64,000 nucleotides of DNA from positions 444,292,001 through 444,356,000 of the forward strand of contig NW_027362767.1 in assembly GCF_046119375.1 (NCBI RefSeq), read 5' to 3'. The notes beneath the pieces were generated by a model. The model worked only from the letters and a program-made list of their open reading frames with translations. It searched no databases and was not told the DNA's origin. Shown here piece by piece: positions 48,210 through 61,999 of the stretch. Both the position numbers and the translations under genes were made by a program. Origin of the DNA: Phyllobates terribilis. Taxonomy: Eukaryota. Within the stretch, counting starts at the first letter, position 1. The number at the start of each line of letters is the position of its first letter.

Positions 48210-49060
48210 AGTCCTTTAATTGAAATAAACACACAATTCTTTATTGTTCTAAATTAAACCATACTTACCATCACGCCCATTCCAGCTGAAGCCAACGATC
48301 TCCTGCAATAAAAGAAAAATAATAAAGCAACATCATCCTTACCTTTCCATGGTTTCCACGACAGCTTCAGCTCTGCTACATCGAGATGACAGGCTGGACC
48401 GCAGCAGAACGCTGCCATTCAGCCTGTCATCCCAAAGACACTGAGAAGCGCAGGCATGCTTGCGCTCCTCAGTGTCTGGCTGTGACGGCATCCAGATGAG
48501 CCGAGGTCATGTCCAATGAACTCAGCTCACCTCATGCACGTCACTGACAGCGTGGGAAAATTCTCCTGCACTCAGCACTTCAGCGTGAGAATTTTCCCAC
48601 GCTGTCAGTGACGTGCATGAGGTGAGCTGAGTTCATTGGACATGAGCTCACCTCATGCACGTCACTGACAGCGTGGGAAAATTCTCCTGCACTCAGCGCT
48701 TCAGCGTGAGAATTTTCCCACGCTGTCAGTGACGTGCATGAGGTGAGCTGAGTTCATTGGACATGAACTCGGCTCATCTGGATGACGTCACAGAGAGACA
48801 CTGAGGAGCGCAAGCATGCCTGCGCTTCTCAGTGTCTGCGGGATGACAGGCTGGATGGCAGCGTTCTGCTGCGGTCCAGCCTGTCATCTCGATGTAGCAG
48901 AGCTGAAGCTGTCGTGGGAACCATGGAAAGGTAAGGATGAGGTTGCTTTATTATTTTTCTTTTATTGCAGGAGATCGTTGGCTTCAGCTGGAATGGGCGT
49001 GATGGTAAGTATGGTTTAATTTAGAACAATAAAGGATTGTGTCTTTATTTCAATTAAAGG
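48210..49060. repeat. About 850-bp palindrome with a duplicated central hairpin
   Basis: 48240-48520 is the reverse complement of 48760-49035. The centre holds two tandem copies of a ~123-bp hairpin module. Confidence 0.92.
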
Positions 49061-49619
49061 ACTTTATTCTGGGTGTTTGTGTTTTTCTTTAACTTTGACT
49101 ATGGGGTTAGTAATGGGGGTGTCTTATAGACGCCTCTCCATTATTAACCTGGGCTTGATGTCAGCTGGCATTAAAAGCTGACATCAACCCCAGCCCTATT
49201 ACCCCCATGCCACCGCACCAGGGCAGCGTGGAAGAGCGAGGCTAAGTGCCAGAATTGGCGCATCCTATGGATGCGCCATTTCTGGGGCAGCTGACGGCTG
49301 GTGTTTCTAGCCTGGGAGGGGGCCAATATTCATGGCACCCTTCCTGGGCTATTAAAATCATCCCCCAGCTGTCTGCCTAGCCTTTGCTAGCTATTAAATT
49401 AGGGGGGACCCCACGTTATTTTTTTGGGGGGGTTCCCCCATTTTAATAGCTAGTAAAGGCTAGTTATTCAGCTGGGGGCTGATATTAGTAGCCTGGGAAG
49501 CTCCGTGGGTATTACCCCCTTCCCAGGCTTCAAACATCTGACCCAGCCGTCTGCTTAACCTCCGCTAGAGCCTAAAATTAAGGGGACCCCCACGTCAATT
49601 TTTTTTTTAAATAAATCCT

Positions 49620-50390
49620 TTATTTTAACACTAAATGACAAGTACAGTAATCAACACTGTCACTGTGCTTCTTATATGTGTGACTGACATGTTTCTATCT
49701 ATCTAATCTATGTGTGATTCTCTATTCTTTCTATTCTAAATTGTCGGGTACAGATGCTGAATTGCCGGCCGGCTTTTTTAAAGAGACGGTGCACGAAAAC
49801 ACTAATATTTTTTTAAATAAATCCTTTACACTATATGACAAGTACAGTAACCAACACTGTCACTGTACTTCATATATATGTGGCTGACATGTTTCTATCT
49901 ATCTAATCTATGTGTGAAGCTCTATTCTGTCTGTTATAAATTGTCGAGTACCGATGCTGAATTGCCGGCCGGCTTTTTTAAAGAGACGGTGCACGAAAAC
50001 ACTAATATTTTTTTAAATAAATCCTTTACACTAAATGACAAGTACAGTAATCAACACTGTCACTGTACTTCATATATATGTGACTGACATGTTTCTATCT
50101 ATCTAATCTATGTGTGATTCTCTATTCTTTCTATTCTAAATTGTCGGGTACAGATGCTGAATTGCCGACCGGCTTTCTTAAAGAGACGGTGCACGAAAAC
50201 ACTAATATTTTTTAAAATAAATCCTTTACACTAAATGACAAGTACAGTAAGCAACACTGTCACAGTACTTCATATATATGTGACTGACATGTTTCTATCT
50301 ATCTAATCTATGTGTGAAGCTCTATTCTTTCTGTTGTAAATTGTCGGGTAGCGGTGTATGCCGCTGATGAATTGCCGGCTTTTCATGTCA
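49620..50390. repeat. Tandem repeat (about 180-bp period) inside the non-autonomous hAT
   Basis: About 4 recurrences of gacaagtacagtaa..caacactgtcac...gactgacatgtttctatctatctaatctatgtgtga...gaattgccg. Confidence 0.85.
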
Positions 50391-50680
50391 TTCTACATTA
50401 TTCTTAGTTGTTTTACTTCATGTAGAATTAACCTACAAGGAAAGAAAGGGTTTATTTTCATTCCGATATTTGTGTCCCATTGACTTGCATTGGTTTCCGG
50501 TATCGGAATCGGCGATATCCGATACTTTTTGGGTATCGGCCCGATCCAATCCGATACGATATTTCCTGATATCGGAAGGTATCGCTCAACACTATCCGTG
50601 ATGAATTTACAGGTAAAAAGTCTGGAGTTGAATCCAAGTGTGGCATTTGCATTTGGAAGCTGTTGCTGTGAACCCACAAC

Positions 50681-51785
50681 ATGCAGTCAAAGGAGCTCTC
50701 AAAGGAAGAGAAACAGACCATTCTTAGGCTGAAAAAAAAAAATCCGTCAGAGAGATAGCAGAAATGTTAGAAGTAAAATCTGCAAAAATAAAAGTATACT
50801 GGTGAGCTTGGACACTCAAAAAGGCCTGGACATCTGCAGAAGACATCAGCGGGGGATGGTTGCAGAATCCTTTCCATGATGAAGAAAAACCCTTCACAAC
50901 ATTCACCCAAATGGAGAACACTCTCCAGGAAGTCGGGGTTTCAGTATCTAAGTCTACCATAAATAGAAGACTTCATGAGAGAAAATACAGAGGGTTCACC
51001 ACAAGGTGCAACCATTAATCAGCCAGAAAGTAGAAAGGCCAGATCAGACTTTACCAAAAATATCTAAAGAAGCCGCTCAGTTCTGGAAAAGCAAAACTAA
51101 GATCAACCTGTACCAGAATGATGGAAAGAAGAAAGACTGGAGAAGGCTTGGAGCGTCTCCTGATCCTCGGCACGTTCTGTGTAACACATGGTGGAGGCGG
51201 TGTGATGGCGCGGGCATGCATGACTTCCAATGGCACCGAGTCACTAGTGGTTATTGATGATGAGACTGAAGACAGAAGCAACTGGATGAATCCTGTGTCT
51301 ACAGGGCGATACTTTCTGCTCAGATTCACCCAAATATAGCAGAATTGATTGGACGGCGTTTCACAGGACAGACGGACAATGACCCAAAACATCCTACGAA
51401 AACAAAGAAGTTGAATATTGTGCAATGGCCGAATCATCACCAGATCTCAGCCTATCGAGCTGCATTTAACAGGCTGAAGACAAAACTGAAGACAAAACTG
51501 AAAGAGCCACAAACAAGCGAGAACTGAAGTCACTGCAGTAAAGGCGGCAAAGCCTCACACCGGAGGAAACCAGCGATGGTGATGGCCATGGCCTCCAGAC
51601 TTCAGGCCGTCATGGCTGCAAAGCCTCACACTGGAGGAAACCAGCGATGGTGACGTCCATGGACTCCGGACTTCAGGCCGTCATGGCTGCAAAGCCTCAC
51701 TCCGGAGGAAACCAGCGATGGTGACGTCCATGGCCTCCAGACTTTAGGCCGTCATGGCTGCAAAGGATCTACAAGTGGTTAAACA
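50681..51785 (+). pseudogene. Tc1 transposase pseudogene
   Basis: MQSKELS start, KTKINLYQNDGK, HGGGGVMA, DNDPKHP and a degenerate SPDLSPIE. Many frameshifts. Confidence 0.88.
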
Positions 51786-52529
51786 TGGACATTTTATTTA
51801 AGGGAAAGTTCATTTGTCCAATTACTTTTGAGCCCCGTGAAATGAGGAGACTTTGTAGAAAAATGATTGCAATTTCTAAACGTTTCACAGGACAGTTTTG
51901 TTCAACCCTTCTAATTAAACCTAAAAGTCTCCACTTCAATTGCATCTCAGTTGTTTCATTTTAAATCAAAAATAGCAAAATTGTATTCTGCAGAGCTGAA
52001 ATCATGAAGATTTGTCACTGGACAAAAATTTCTGGACCTAACTGCATATTGCACTAACAATAATAATATCGCTCCTGGTACAGTCATGTTTGTTAATGAT
52101 CATTATTGTGGTATTATTCTGTCACTATGTGGTGGCATTATGTGGACATAGCGTGGCGGTGCTATATAATCTTTCATAGCAGTATTAATGGTAATATTGG
52201 TTAATCAATAGATCTCTATTTCCTCCAACGTCAGGCAGGGTAATATATGCAATAGAAAAACCCATCTTAGGCAGATGGAAGAGGGGATTGAGCAAAACTG
52301 GTGTGTCTACTTTCCAATACCAGGACGGAATTTCAGTCCCTATATTGCCCTGTTTCAGTCCCCCGCGCAGAGGAAAATAAAATGAAAAAAATATATACTC
52401 ACCGAGTCCTCTCCTGCCCTGTCCCGCAGCCTCCCTCCGCTCCGGTGGTCTTACTTGGCCTGATATGGCCTCCTCTTCTGTCCGGTGCGGTGTCTTCCTT
52501 CGGCTCTTGGCGTTGTTGTTGCTGACTTA

Positions 52530-52745
52530 GACCCCTCCTTAGTTTTATTCCACTTAATGTACAAGCATCTATAGGATTTTTGCATGCACAGTTCATTACA
52601 TTCATCAACATTAACATTCATCTGCCACGTTATTTCCCCCCGCTGCGGCATATCAAGGTCTTTCCGTAAGATTTTACAATCAAGCTGAGTTTTTAGTATC
52701 CTACAAAGTTTTGTGTTGTCAGCGAAAACTGCTGCTTTACTTTCA
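52530..52745 (-). mobile_element. CR1-type LINE reverse transcriptase fragment
   Basis: FADNTKLCRIL...ILRKDL...WQMNVNVDEC resembles the CR1 FADDTKL...LQ.DL...WQM.FN..KC region. Confidence 0.8.
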
Positions 52746-53351
52746 TTGTCTTTACTTTTACTTTTATTACTTTTCATTGTCCTGTTACATTACAAAGGGA
52801 AAGATAAAAACTCTGCAAAATGCAACATTGAAATACTAGAGAAAACAAAGCATATGGCGCTTATATGTACAACAGGAAAATGAGGCTTCTAAAGAGAGCA
52901 AGAACTGATTTACTGCAGAGCAGAAGGATAACACTTTACTGCTTGGACTTTTGGTAAATTGTTGTGCCCCGCGGTGATCTGCTAATTGGGTTTACCAGTT
53001 TAATAAAAATAAAGCTTCATAAAGGTGTTGACAGTAAATACAATGTTGTCAATCCACAGGATCAGTGACAAATGTAAGATCAATAGGAACCCCATTAATC
53101 CCAAGAGTTGGGATCCCCCTTTTGGGGTGCAGCAGTACTGCAAATGCAGGACCACTGCTCCACGCACTTCTATGGGACCTATGCATTTTTATGATCCTTA
53201 CTTTCTGTCAATGAAAATTAGTTGATTTGTAAATAGTTATAGCTGTTGGCAACCCTGATACGAAGTTACAAGCACCGCCGTGCTTTATGTGAGTATTCGC
53301 TGAACTCTTTTTAAAAATGAGTCAAATAAAGTTGGTGTGATTAGCAAGGTA

Positions 53352-54752
<1,401 letters not shown>

Positions 54753-55099
54753 ACAGAAAACCTCCTGATTTTGCTAAAAGTGCATTATGCAATGTTGCAA
54801 TAAGCCCAGCTCTAATAAAGCAAATTAAAATCAAATCTGCCCAAATTCCAATTCGACAGTTTGTTCAAACTTGGCCAGGAAATTTAATTTAATTCACATT
54901 GGATTTATGCAATAATTGAATGAGCCATATTTTGTTCAAGGATTTCCAAAGATCATAAAAAAAATATAAGGTGAAAAAGAAAAGAAGTAATACCTCACCG
55001 CTCACCTGTCCTTCCTCCACAGACCTGTATCGTCCTCTGATCAGCTTCCTACGACTTCTTCTTTACTTCTCAATAGGTCTAACCCGGATCCCACCGCTA

Positions 55100-55858
55100 C
55101 TTCAAACCTTTTGCCTTCTTGATTAGATTCACAAGACAAAGAGAAAAATGTATCCCTCAAATTTCTTAAATCTACTAAACAAAAAAAATTGTTATGAACA
55201 ACATAAAAAAACACTACTAACTCTTCATGTAAGACAAAAAAATGATTAAAATTGAGAAAACTAAAAACATGCTAGAAAACACCAGTAAGGACTTACTTAA
55301 CAGAATAAACCCAGACACTATACAATTGGTTCAATCCAATTTAGATCAAAACCCTATGTCTTCAGATATTGTTACAGCAGCCCAATCAATTGATAAAGAT
55401 CTAGTCCCATTCCCAATAGATATTGGAGTGAGTTGCTCACCCATGATCACATCCACACAAAAAGAGGACTATATTGACTCTCTAAATCTGTCCTTGAAAT
55501 AACAATACAATAACAACAATGTCCGTGCATAACAATACATCTCCACAGACCGAATTGATTGAACCTTCAATAGTACCTACAGTAGCTAATATAAATAAAC
55601 TTGCTCTGTCTAGTCCTGACAGTGAACAATTCCTATCCAATAATTATAATCTTTCAAATGAAGATTCTTCTATCAAAAGTGTCGTTTTCAATAAGGGCCT
55701 CAACCTTTCTGCCAATGATTTTGCCATCATTAATGCTACTAAATTATTGGCTCCCCCCACCTTCCCCTAAAAATGTTCTGTCAACAATAGATTTGACTCC
55801 ATCAATACAAGAATCGATAAATAAAGTTAATTTCTCCATTCCATTGAGTGAGAGAAAT
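55100..55858 (+). mobile_element. Possible Penelope-like ORF N-terminal relic
   Basis: A-rich strand with ORFs at 55242 and 55519. YNLSN...VFNKGLNL weakly resembles the NLS...L.KGL.F motif upstream of PLE RT. Confidence 0.3.
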
Positions 55859-55866
55859 GTTATAAC

Positions 55867-56167
55867 TAGTGTTGAGCGAGTATGTTCTGTCCGAGTATGC
55901 TCAGGCCGAGCTCCGAGTATTTACAGCTGCTCGGTGATATGGTTGAATCGCTCCCGTGTGCATGATTTGCAACTGTTTTGACAGTTTTGTTCCATGGGAG
56001 GATTGTCTATTTCTTACACATTCCTCACATGTAATAAAGCTGTCAAACAGTTGCAAATCATGCACACGGGAGCGATTCAACCTTATCACCGAGCAGCTGT
56101 AACTACTCGGAGCTCGGCCCGAGCATACTCGGCGAAAGGGTTAATAGAACATACTCGCTCAACACTA
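55867..56167. mobile_element. hAT MITE (301 bp)
   Basis: TIRs TAGTGTTGAGCGAGTATG and CATACTCGCTCAACACTA, with perfect TSD GTTATAAC (55859-55866 and 56168-56175). Confidence 0.95.
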
Positions 56168-56789
56168 GTTATAACTAGTGTTGAGCGAACATGCTCGACA
56201 CTGCTCGGTACTCGCCCGAGCATCACGCTACTCGGGATGTTCGGCGAGCACCGAGCATTTCCGGGTTACTCGGGCTGGAGCTCGGGCCTCCGCCCTGCAT
56301 GTTTGGCGCTCTTTACAGAGCCAATGAACATGCAGGGATTGCCAGCCAGTCACTGTAATGCTGCAGCCATGTTGGTTGTGGGCATTACAGTGATTGGCTG
56401 GCCGCACAGCGTCACCTCGAGTATTTAAAATGGGGCACCGTCATCTTGGACACAGTCGCTCCGGATTAGACAGTGTAGGGACAGCGCTGCTGATTTATGG
56501 AGAGATATAAACTGCGAAATAGTTAGTGTAGGGTCTGTAAAGGCTGACAGATCAAACAAACAGTCCTTTTCAGGACTAATATCCATCCCAGATACGAGGC
56601 AGGCAGGCAGGCAGGCTGTATAGGAGACACAGTGGTTATACCAGCAAACGCTGCATTACAGTCCTGTGTGCTCCTGTTGCTGAAATTGCTGGACTTAGCT
56701 CCAGGTGTCGGGGGCCAGGAAAAATCCTTTTTTTTTCATCTAAATCCTCCTTTTTTTTTCCTCCTTCACACTGTACAAATACCCGTCTT

Positions 56790-58556
56790 ATTAACCTTTT
56801 GGTGTGTCCCCCCCCCCCAAAAAAAAAGCGTGTCTCTGATTTTTCAGACACAAATATAACTGTTTAAAATAGTCTGGTGTAGGCCACAGAAACAGAAGTG
56901 TTGTTTTGCACTTCCACGGTTCAAACCTCTGTATTATCCATTTTGGGTCATTTGTATCTAAAAAAAAAACAGTTTGAGTATGTCGCTCACTGTTCAGCTG
57001 CAAATATCTCTATTTATAAAAGTGTGGTATACACAAGTAAACAATAACTGTGGTTTTGCCATCCCACGGTAAAAAATCTCTATTATTCAGGTTTTGGTAG
57101 TTTTTTCCGTAAAGAAAAACAGTAGTGTCTCCTGACTGTTGTGACACAAAAATATATCTGTTGAAAATAGTCTTGTGTAGGCCCGACATCCCAGTGTGGT
57201 TTCGCAGTTCCACGGGTCAAATCGCTGTACTATCCAGTTTTGGGCCTTTGGTATCTAAAAAAAAAGCAGTTTGAGTGTGTCTCTCACTGTTCAGCCGCAA
57301 ATATCTGTATTTAAAAAAGTGTGGTATACCCCAGTAAACAATAACTGTGGTTTTGCCATCCCACGGTAAAAAATCTCTATTATTCAGCTTTTGGTAGTTT
57401 TTTCCGTAAAGAAAAACAGTAGTGTCTCCTGACTGTTGTGACACAAAAATATATCTGTTGAAAATAGTCTTGTGTAGGCCCGACATCCCAGTGTGGTTTC
57501 GCAGTTCCACGGGTCAAATCGCTGTACTATCCAGTTTTGGGCCTTTGGTATCTAAAAAAAAAAGCAGTTTGAGTGTGTCGCTCACTGTTCAGCCGCAAAT
57601 ATCTCTATTTAAAAGAGAGTGGTATACCCCAGTAAACAATAACTGTGGTTTTGCCATCCCATGGTAAAAAATCTCTATTATTCAGGTTTTGGTAGTTTTT
57701 TCCGTAAAGAAAAACAGTAGTGTCTCCTGACTTTTGTGACACAAAAATATATCTGTTGAAAATAGTCTTGTGTAGGCCCGACATCCCAGTGTGGTTTCGC
57801 AGTTCCACGGGTCAAATCGCTGTACTATCCAGTTTTGGGCCTTTGGTATCTAAAAAAAAAGCAGTTTGAGTGTGTCGCTCACTGTTCAGCCGCAAATATC
57901 TCTATTTAAAAAAGTGTGGTATACCCCAGTAAACAATAACTGTGGTTTTGCCATCCCACGGTAAAAAATCTCTATTATTCAGCTTTTGGTAGTTTTTTCC
58001 GTAAAGAAAAACAGTAGTGTCTCCTGACTGTTGTGACACAAAAATATATCTGTTGAAAATAGTCTTGTGTAGGCCCGACATCCCAGTGTGGTTTCGCAGT
58101 TCCACGGGACAAATCGCTGTACTATCCAGTTTTGGGCCTTTGGTATCTAAAAAAAAAGCAGTTTGAGTGTGTCGCTCACTGTTCAGCCGCAAATATCTCT
58201 ATTTAAAAAAGTGTGGTATACCCCAGTAAACAATAACTGTGGTTTTGCCATCCCATGGTAAAAAATCTCTGTTATTCAGCTTTTTTGTAGTTTTTTTCGT
58301 AAAGAAAAACAGTAGTGTCTCCTGACTGTTGTGACACAAAAATATATCTGTTGAAAATAGTCTTGTGTAGTCCCGACATCCCAGTGTGGTTTCGCAGTTC
58401 CACGGGTCAAATCGCTGTACTATCCAGTTTTGGGCCTTTGGTATCTAAAAAAAAAGCAGTTTGAGTGTGTCACTCACTGTTCAGCCGCAAATATCTCTAT
58501 TTAAAAAAGTGTGGTATACCCCAGTAAACAATAACTGTGGTTTTCCTCTTCCACGG
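56790..58556. repeat. 297-bp tandem array (about 6 copies) inside hAT copy 3
   Basis: cca(c/t)ggt recurs at 57064, 57361, 57659, 57956, 58253 and 58551, with near-identical units. Confidence 0.97.
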
Positions 58557-58625
58557 TTCTAATCTACTCTTTATTACCCTTTTTACATTGATAGTGCAAG
58601 TGTAAGCTATTTTACTTCATTTACA

Positions 58626-61498
58626 ATGGGCAAGGCGCGTGGCAAGGGACGTGGAAGTGGACGTTCTGGTGATGGTTCGTGCAGAGGACGGGGCTGTGGC
58701 CAAGGTGAAAATGTGCCACAACCAACAGCCACATCTTCTCGCTCCCACTTCTTGACCGAATTACTAGGGAAGCACAGAACAACACCAGTATTGAGAACTG
58801 ATCAGTGTGAACAGGTTATTAATTGGATAGCAGATAATACTTCCAGTTACCTGGGCACCACCACCTCCGGTCTGTCTTCCACACGGTCAACTCTTAGTAG
58901 CCGTGAGTCTCGACCGCATACTCCTCCTCACCCTGATGCTCCTTCCTCCCACCATGCCGAGTGTCGTCAGACAGCAAGTGATCCCACACTTGGACACTCT
59001 GAAGAGCTGTTCACTGGTCCATTTCCATATTTGGGCCCCTCGCCTGATACGCTTGAAGTGGTGGAAGACGAGATCCCATGTTGCGATGCCCAAATATTTG
59101 AACAGCCACGGCCACAGGAAGTCGACGTTGGCAATCTGTCACAAGAGGTGGACGATGACGAGACACAATTGCCAGGAAGTGAGGAGGAGGATCGTGGTGC
59201 GCAAGTGGAAGAGGAGGAGGTGGTGGATGATCTAGTAACTGACCCAACGTGGAAGGAGGACATGCAGAGTGAGGCCAGCAGCACACAGGGGGAGGGAGGC
59301 AGAGTAACCCGACAGGCAGGAAGAAGCAGTGTGGTGCAGATAGAAGGCAGGCAACCGTTCCCCGTAACACCAACACGAGGGACGTTGCCAGTACAAGCGG
59401 TAGGTCTTCCAGAGTCTGGAATTTTTTTAAAGACTCTGCTGATAACCCCAATAAGGCCATATGTTCCACCTGCCATGCCAGCATCAGCAGGGGTGACAAA
59501 ACTACCAGCCTGACCACCACCAGCATGATCAGGCACATGGCAGCAAAGCACCCGACTTTGTGGGGCGAAACCCAGGGTCCACGACCAGTGTCAGCGGGTG
59601 TCACCACTGCTGCTTCCACTGTTGTGCGTGCAATAGAACCCCCTGTTGTGTGTGCAAGGCAATCCCCTGTCCATACTGCATGTAAAGATGCCCCCTCCTC
59701 TCAGTCTTCACTTGTTATGGCAGTTTCTCAAGAAATAGCATCAACGTCCACGTCCACGTGCCACCGCAGCGTTCAATTGTCCATATCCCAGACCTTTGAA
59801 CGAAAGCGCAAATTCGCAGGTAACGCCCCACAGGCCACAGTCCTAAATTCGCACATTTCACGACTGCTTGCATTGGAAATGCTGCCTTTTAGGCTGGTGG
59901 AGACGGAATCCTTCCGCAATCTTATGGCGGTGGCCGTCCCTCGGTACTCGGTCCCCAGCCGACACTATTTTGCCCGGTGTGCCTTCCCCGTACTACACAA
60001 GCACGTGTCCCAAAGCATCTGCCGTGCCCTCAACAACGCAGTTACTGGGAGAGTCCACCTGACAACGGACTCGTGGACAAGTGCTTGTGGCCAGGGACGG
60101 TACATCTCTCTGACGGCACACTGGGTAAACATAGTGGAAGCCGGGACCCAGTCGGACCTTGGGACGGAACACATCCTCCCCACACCGAGGATTGCGGGCC
60201 CTATGTCAGTCAGAGTTGCCTCCACAGTGTACAGCTCCTGCGCTTCCTCCTCCTCCTCCTCCTCATGTTCAGCCTCCATCTCAGATATCACCACATCAGT
60301 TACAAGCTGGAAGCATTGCAGTACTGCCTCCGCCAAGCGGCAACAGGCTGTGCTGAAACTCATAAGCTTAGGTGATAAACCTCACACTGCTTGTGAGTTG
60401 TGGACAGCTGTGAAAGAGCAGGCAGATCTGTGGCTGAGACCTCTGAACCTACATCCCGGCATGGTCGTGTGTGACCATGGCCGTAACCTGGTGGCGGCTC
60501 TGAGGCGAGGTGAGATCACACACGTACCATGCCTGGCTCATGTGCTTAACCTCGTGGTTCAGCGGTTTCTTAAATCGTACCCCGAGTTGCCAGATCTGCT
60601 CGTGAAAGTACGCCGCCTGTCAGCTCATTTTCGCAAGTCAGCTACAGCTTCCGCCGCCCTTACTGTATGGCAGCAGCGTTTGCAGCTTCCGGCACACCGA
60701 CTTGTGTGTGATGTCCCCACACGTTGGAACTCTACCCTCCACATGTTGAAAAGGATTTGTGAGCAGAAGAGAGCAGTTGTGGAGTACCAGCTGCAACAAG
60801 GCCGTCGATATTCAGGTCAGACTCCACACATAAGACCTCAGGAGTGGACCTGGATGTCTGACATATGTACCATCCTGACAAACTTTGAGGAGGCCACCAA
60901 GATGGTGAGTGGCGATGACGCCATCATTAGTGTCAGCATCCCACTTGTCTGTCTTTTGCAACGCTCTCTGCAGAGAATTAAAGAGGAGGCATTGCAGCCA
61001 GAGTATGATGAGATGGATCAAGAAGCCATAGCGGGCGATTACACACAGCCCAGCCTCATCTCATCCCAACGTGCATTGGGGGACAATGAGGGAGAGGAGG
61101 AAGAACAGGAGCTGCTATCATGCGTTGCAGACGGTAGTACCTGTACAAGTGTCATACCGTCGGTTCAGCGTGGGTGGCCTGAGGACAGGGGGGAGGAGGA
61201 AGAGGAGGAGGAGGAGGAGGAGTAGAGCATGGTCAGTCGTCTTCTTGTTGAGGACATGGAAATCTTGCCCGTTACCAGTCTGGCACGCATGGCTGACTTT
61301 ATGTTACGCTGCCTTAACCGTGACCCTCACGTTGTCAAAATGTTGGGTGACAGTCATTACTGGTTGGTGACACTTGTAGACCCCCGCTACAAGGAGAACT
61401 TTCACTCTTTTATTCCTGAGGTGGAGAGGTCTACAAAAATGGGGCAATACCAGAAGGCCCTTGCTGCAGAACTCTTAAAAAAATTCCCATCTGAACAC
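58626..61498 (+). pseudogene. hAT transposase pseudogene, copy 3
   Basis: MGKARGKG start, one frameshift near 59350, BED finger AICSTCHAS..MIRHMAAKH, HLTTDSWT, CLAHVLNLVVQ and PTRWNST. TAG at 61223, cut before the dimerization domain. Confidence 0.95.
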
Positions 61499-61815
61499 TA
61501 GTGTTGAGCCACCCCCGTAGTGTTCGAGTTCGGTTCGGTTCGTCGAACACCCGTGTGTTCGCCGAACTGTTCGTCGAACTGTTCGTCGAACACCTTCGAA
61601 CACCGTTAAAACCAATGGCAGGCAAACAAAAACACATAGAAACACATAGAAAACACCTTCAAAGGTGTCCAAAAGCTGACAAACTGCTCAGAAGACACAA
61701 CTAACACATGGAAAAGTGACAAGTACATATAGTCATGCGAAAAGAAAAGAGGTGGAGGAGTAAAAGGAGGGGGAGACACAGATATAGGCATGTCATGCCC
61801 TTCTAAAATCCAAAA
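61499..61815. mobile_element. Left end of the non-autonomous hAT family also found at 35133
   Basis: TAGTGTTGAGCCACCCCCGTAGTGTTCG...gaaaacaccttcaaaggtgtccaaaagctgacaaactgctcagaagacac is shared with 35133-35325. Confidence 0.9.
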
Positions 61816-61999
61816 AGTGAGAAGCCGAGACGGCCAGTTCGCTCCTGCCCGTGCCACCTCCGTGTCGCCGGGTTTGTGCCAGAGCCGCGGTGAACCCTGA
61901 CGGCCAGCCCCCCTCTCCCATTACTGGTGCCTGTCCGCTGGTGGGTCGAGAGAGCCCCCCTGTGGTGGAGGCAGCTCTAAGCTTTTTAATTTAAATTGT

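Larger units (their letters stand above)
45044..50594. mobile_element. Non-autonomous hAT (5551 bp) made of palindromic modules
   Basis: TIRs TAGTGTTGAGC and GCTCAACACTA, perfect TSD TCCGTGAT (45036-45043 and 50595-50602), ccgatac-rich subterminal repeats, and no coding capacity seen. Confidence 0.95.
44765..52044 (+). mobile_element. Tc1/mariner element (second family) split by a 5.5-kb non-autonomous hAT
   Basis: TA|cagttaggttcagaaatatttggacagttacaaa at the left, and the reverse complement tttgtcactggacaaaaatttctggacctaactg at the right. Confidence 0.9.
56176..61498 (+). mobile_element. hAT DNA transposon copy 3, 3' truncated
   Basis: Left TIR TAGTGTTGAGCGAAC at 56176, a subterminal region homologous to copy 1 (aacatgcagggattgcc...cattacagtgattggctg), and a transposase. 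No right end found. Confidence 0.92.

Noticed and set aside
58626-61225. Long ORFs suggesting a domesticated ZBED-like host gene
   Set aside because: The sequence has a frameshift and a nonsense codon, lacks the dimerization domain, and sits in a TIR-bearing element with sibling copies. It is a transposon relic.
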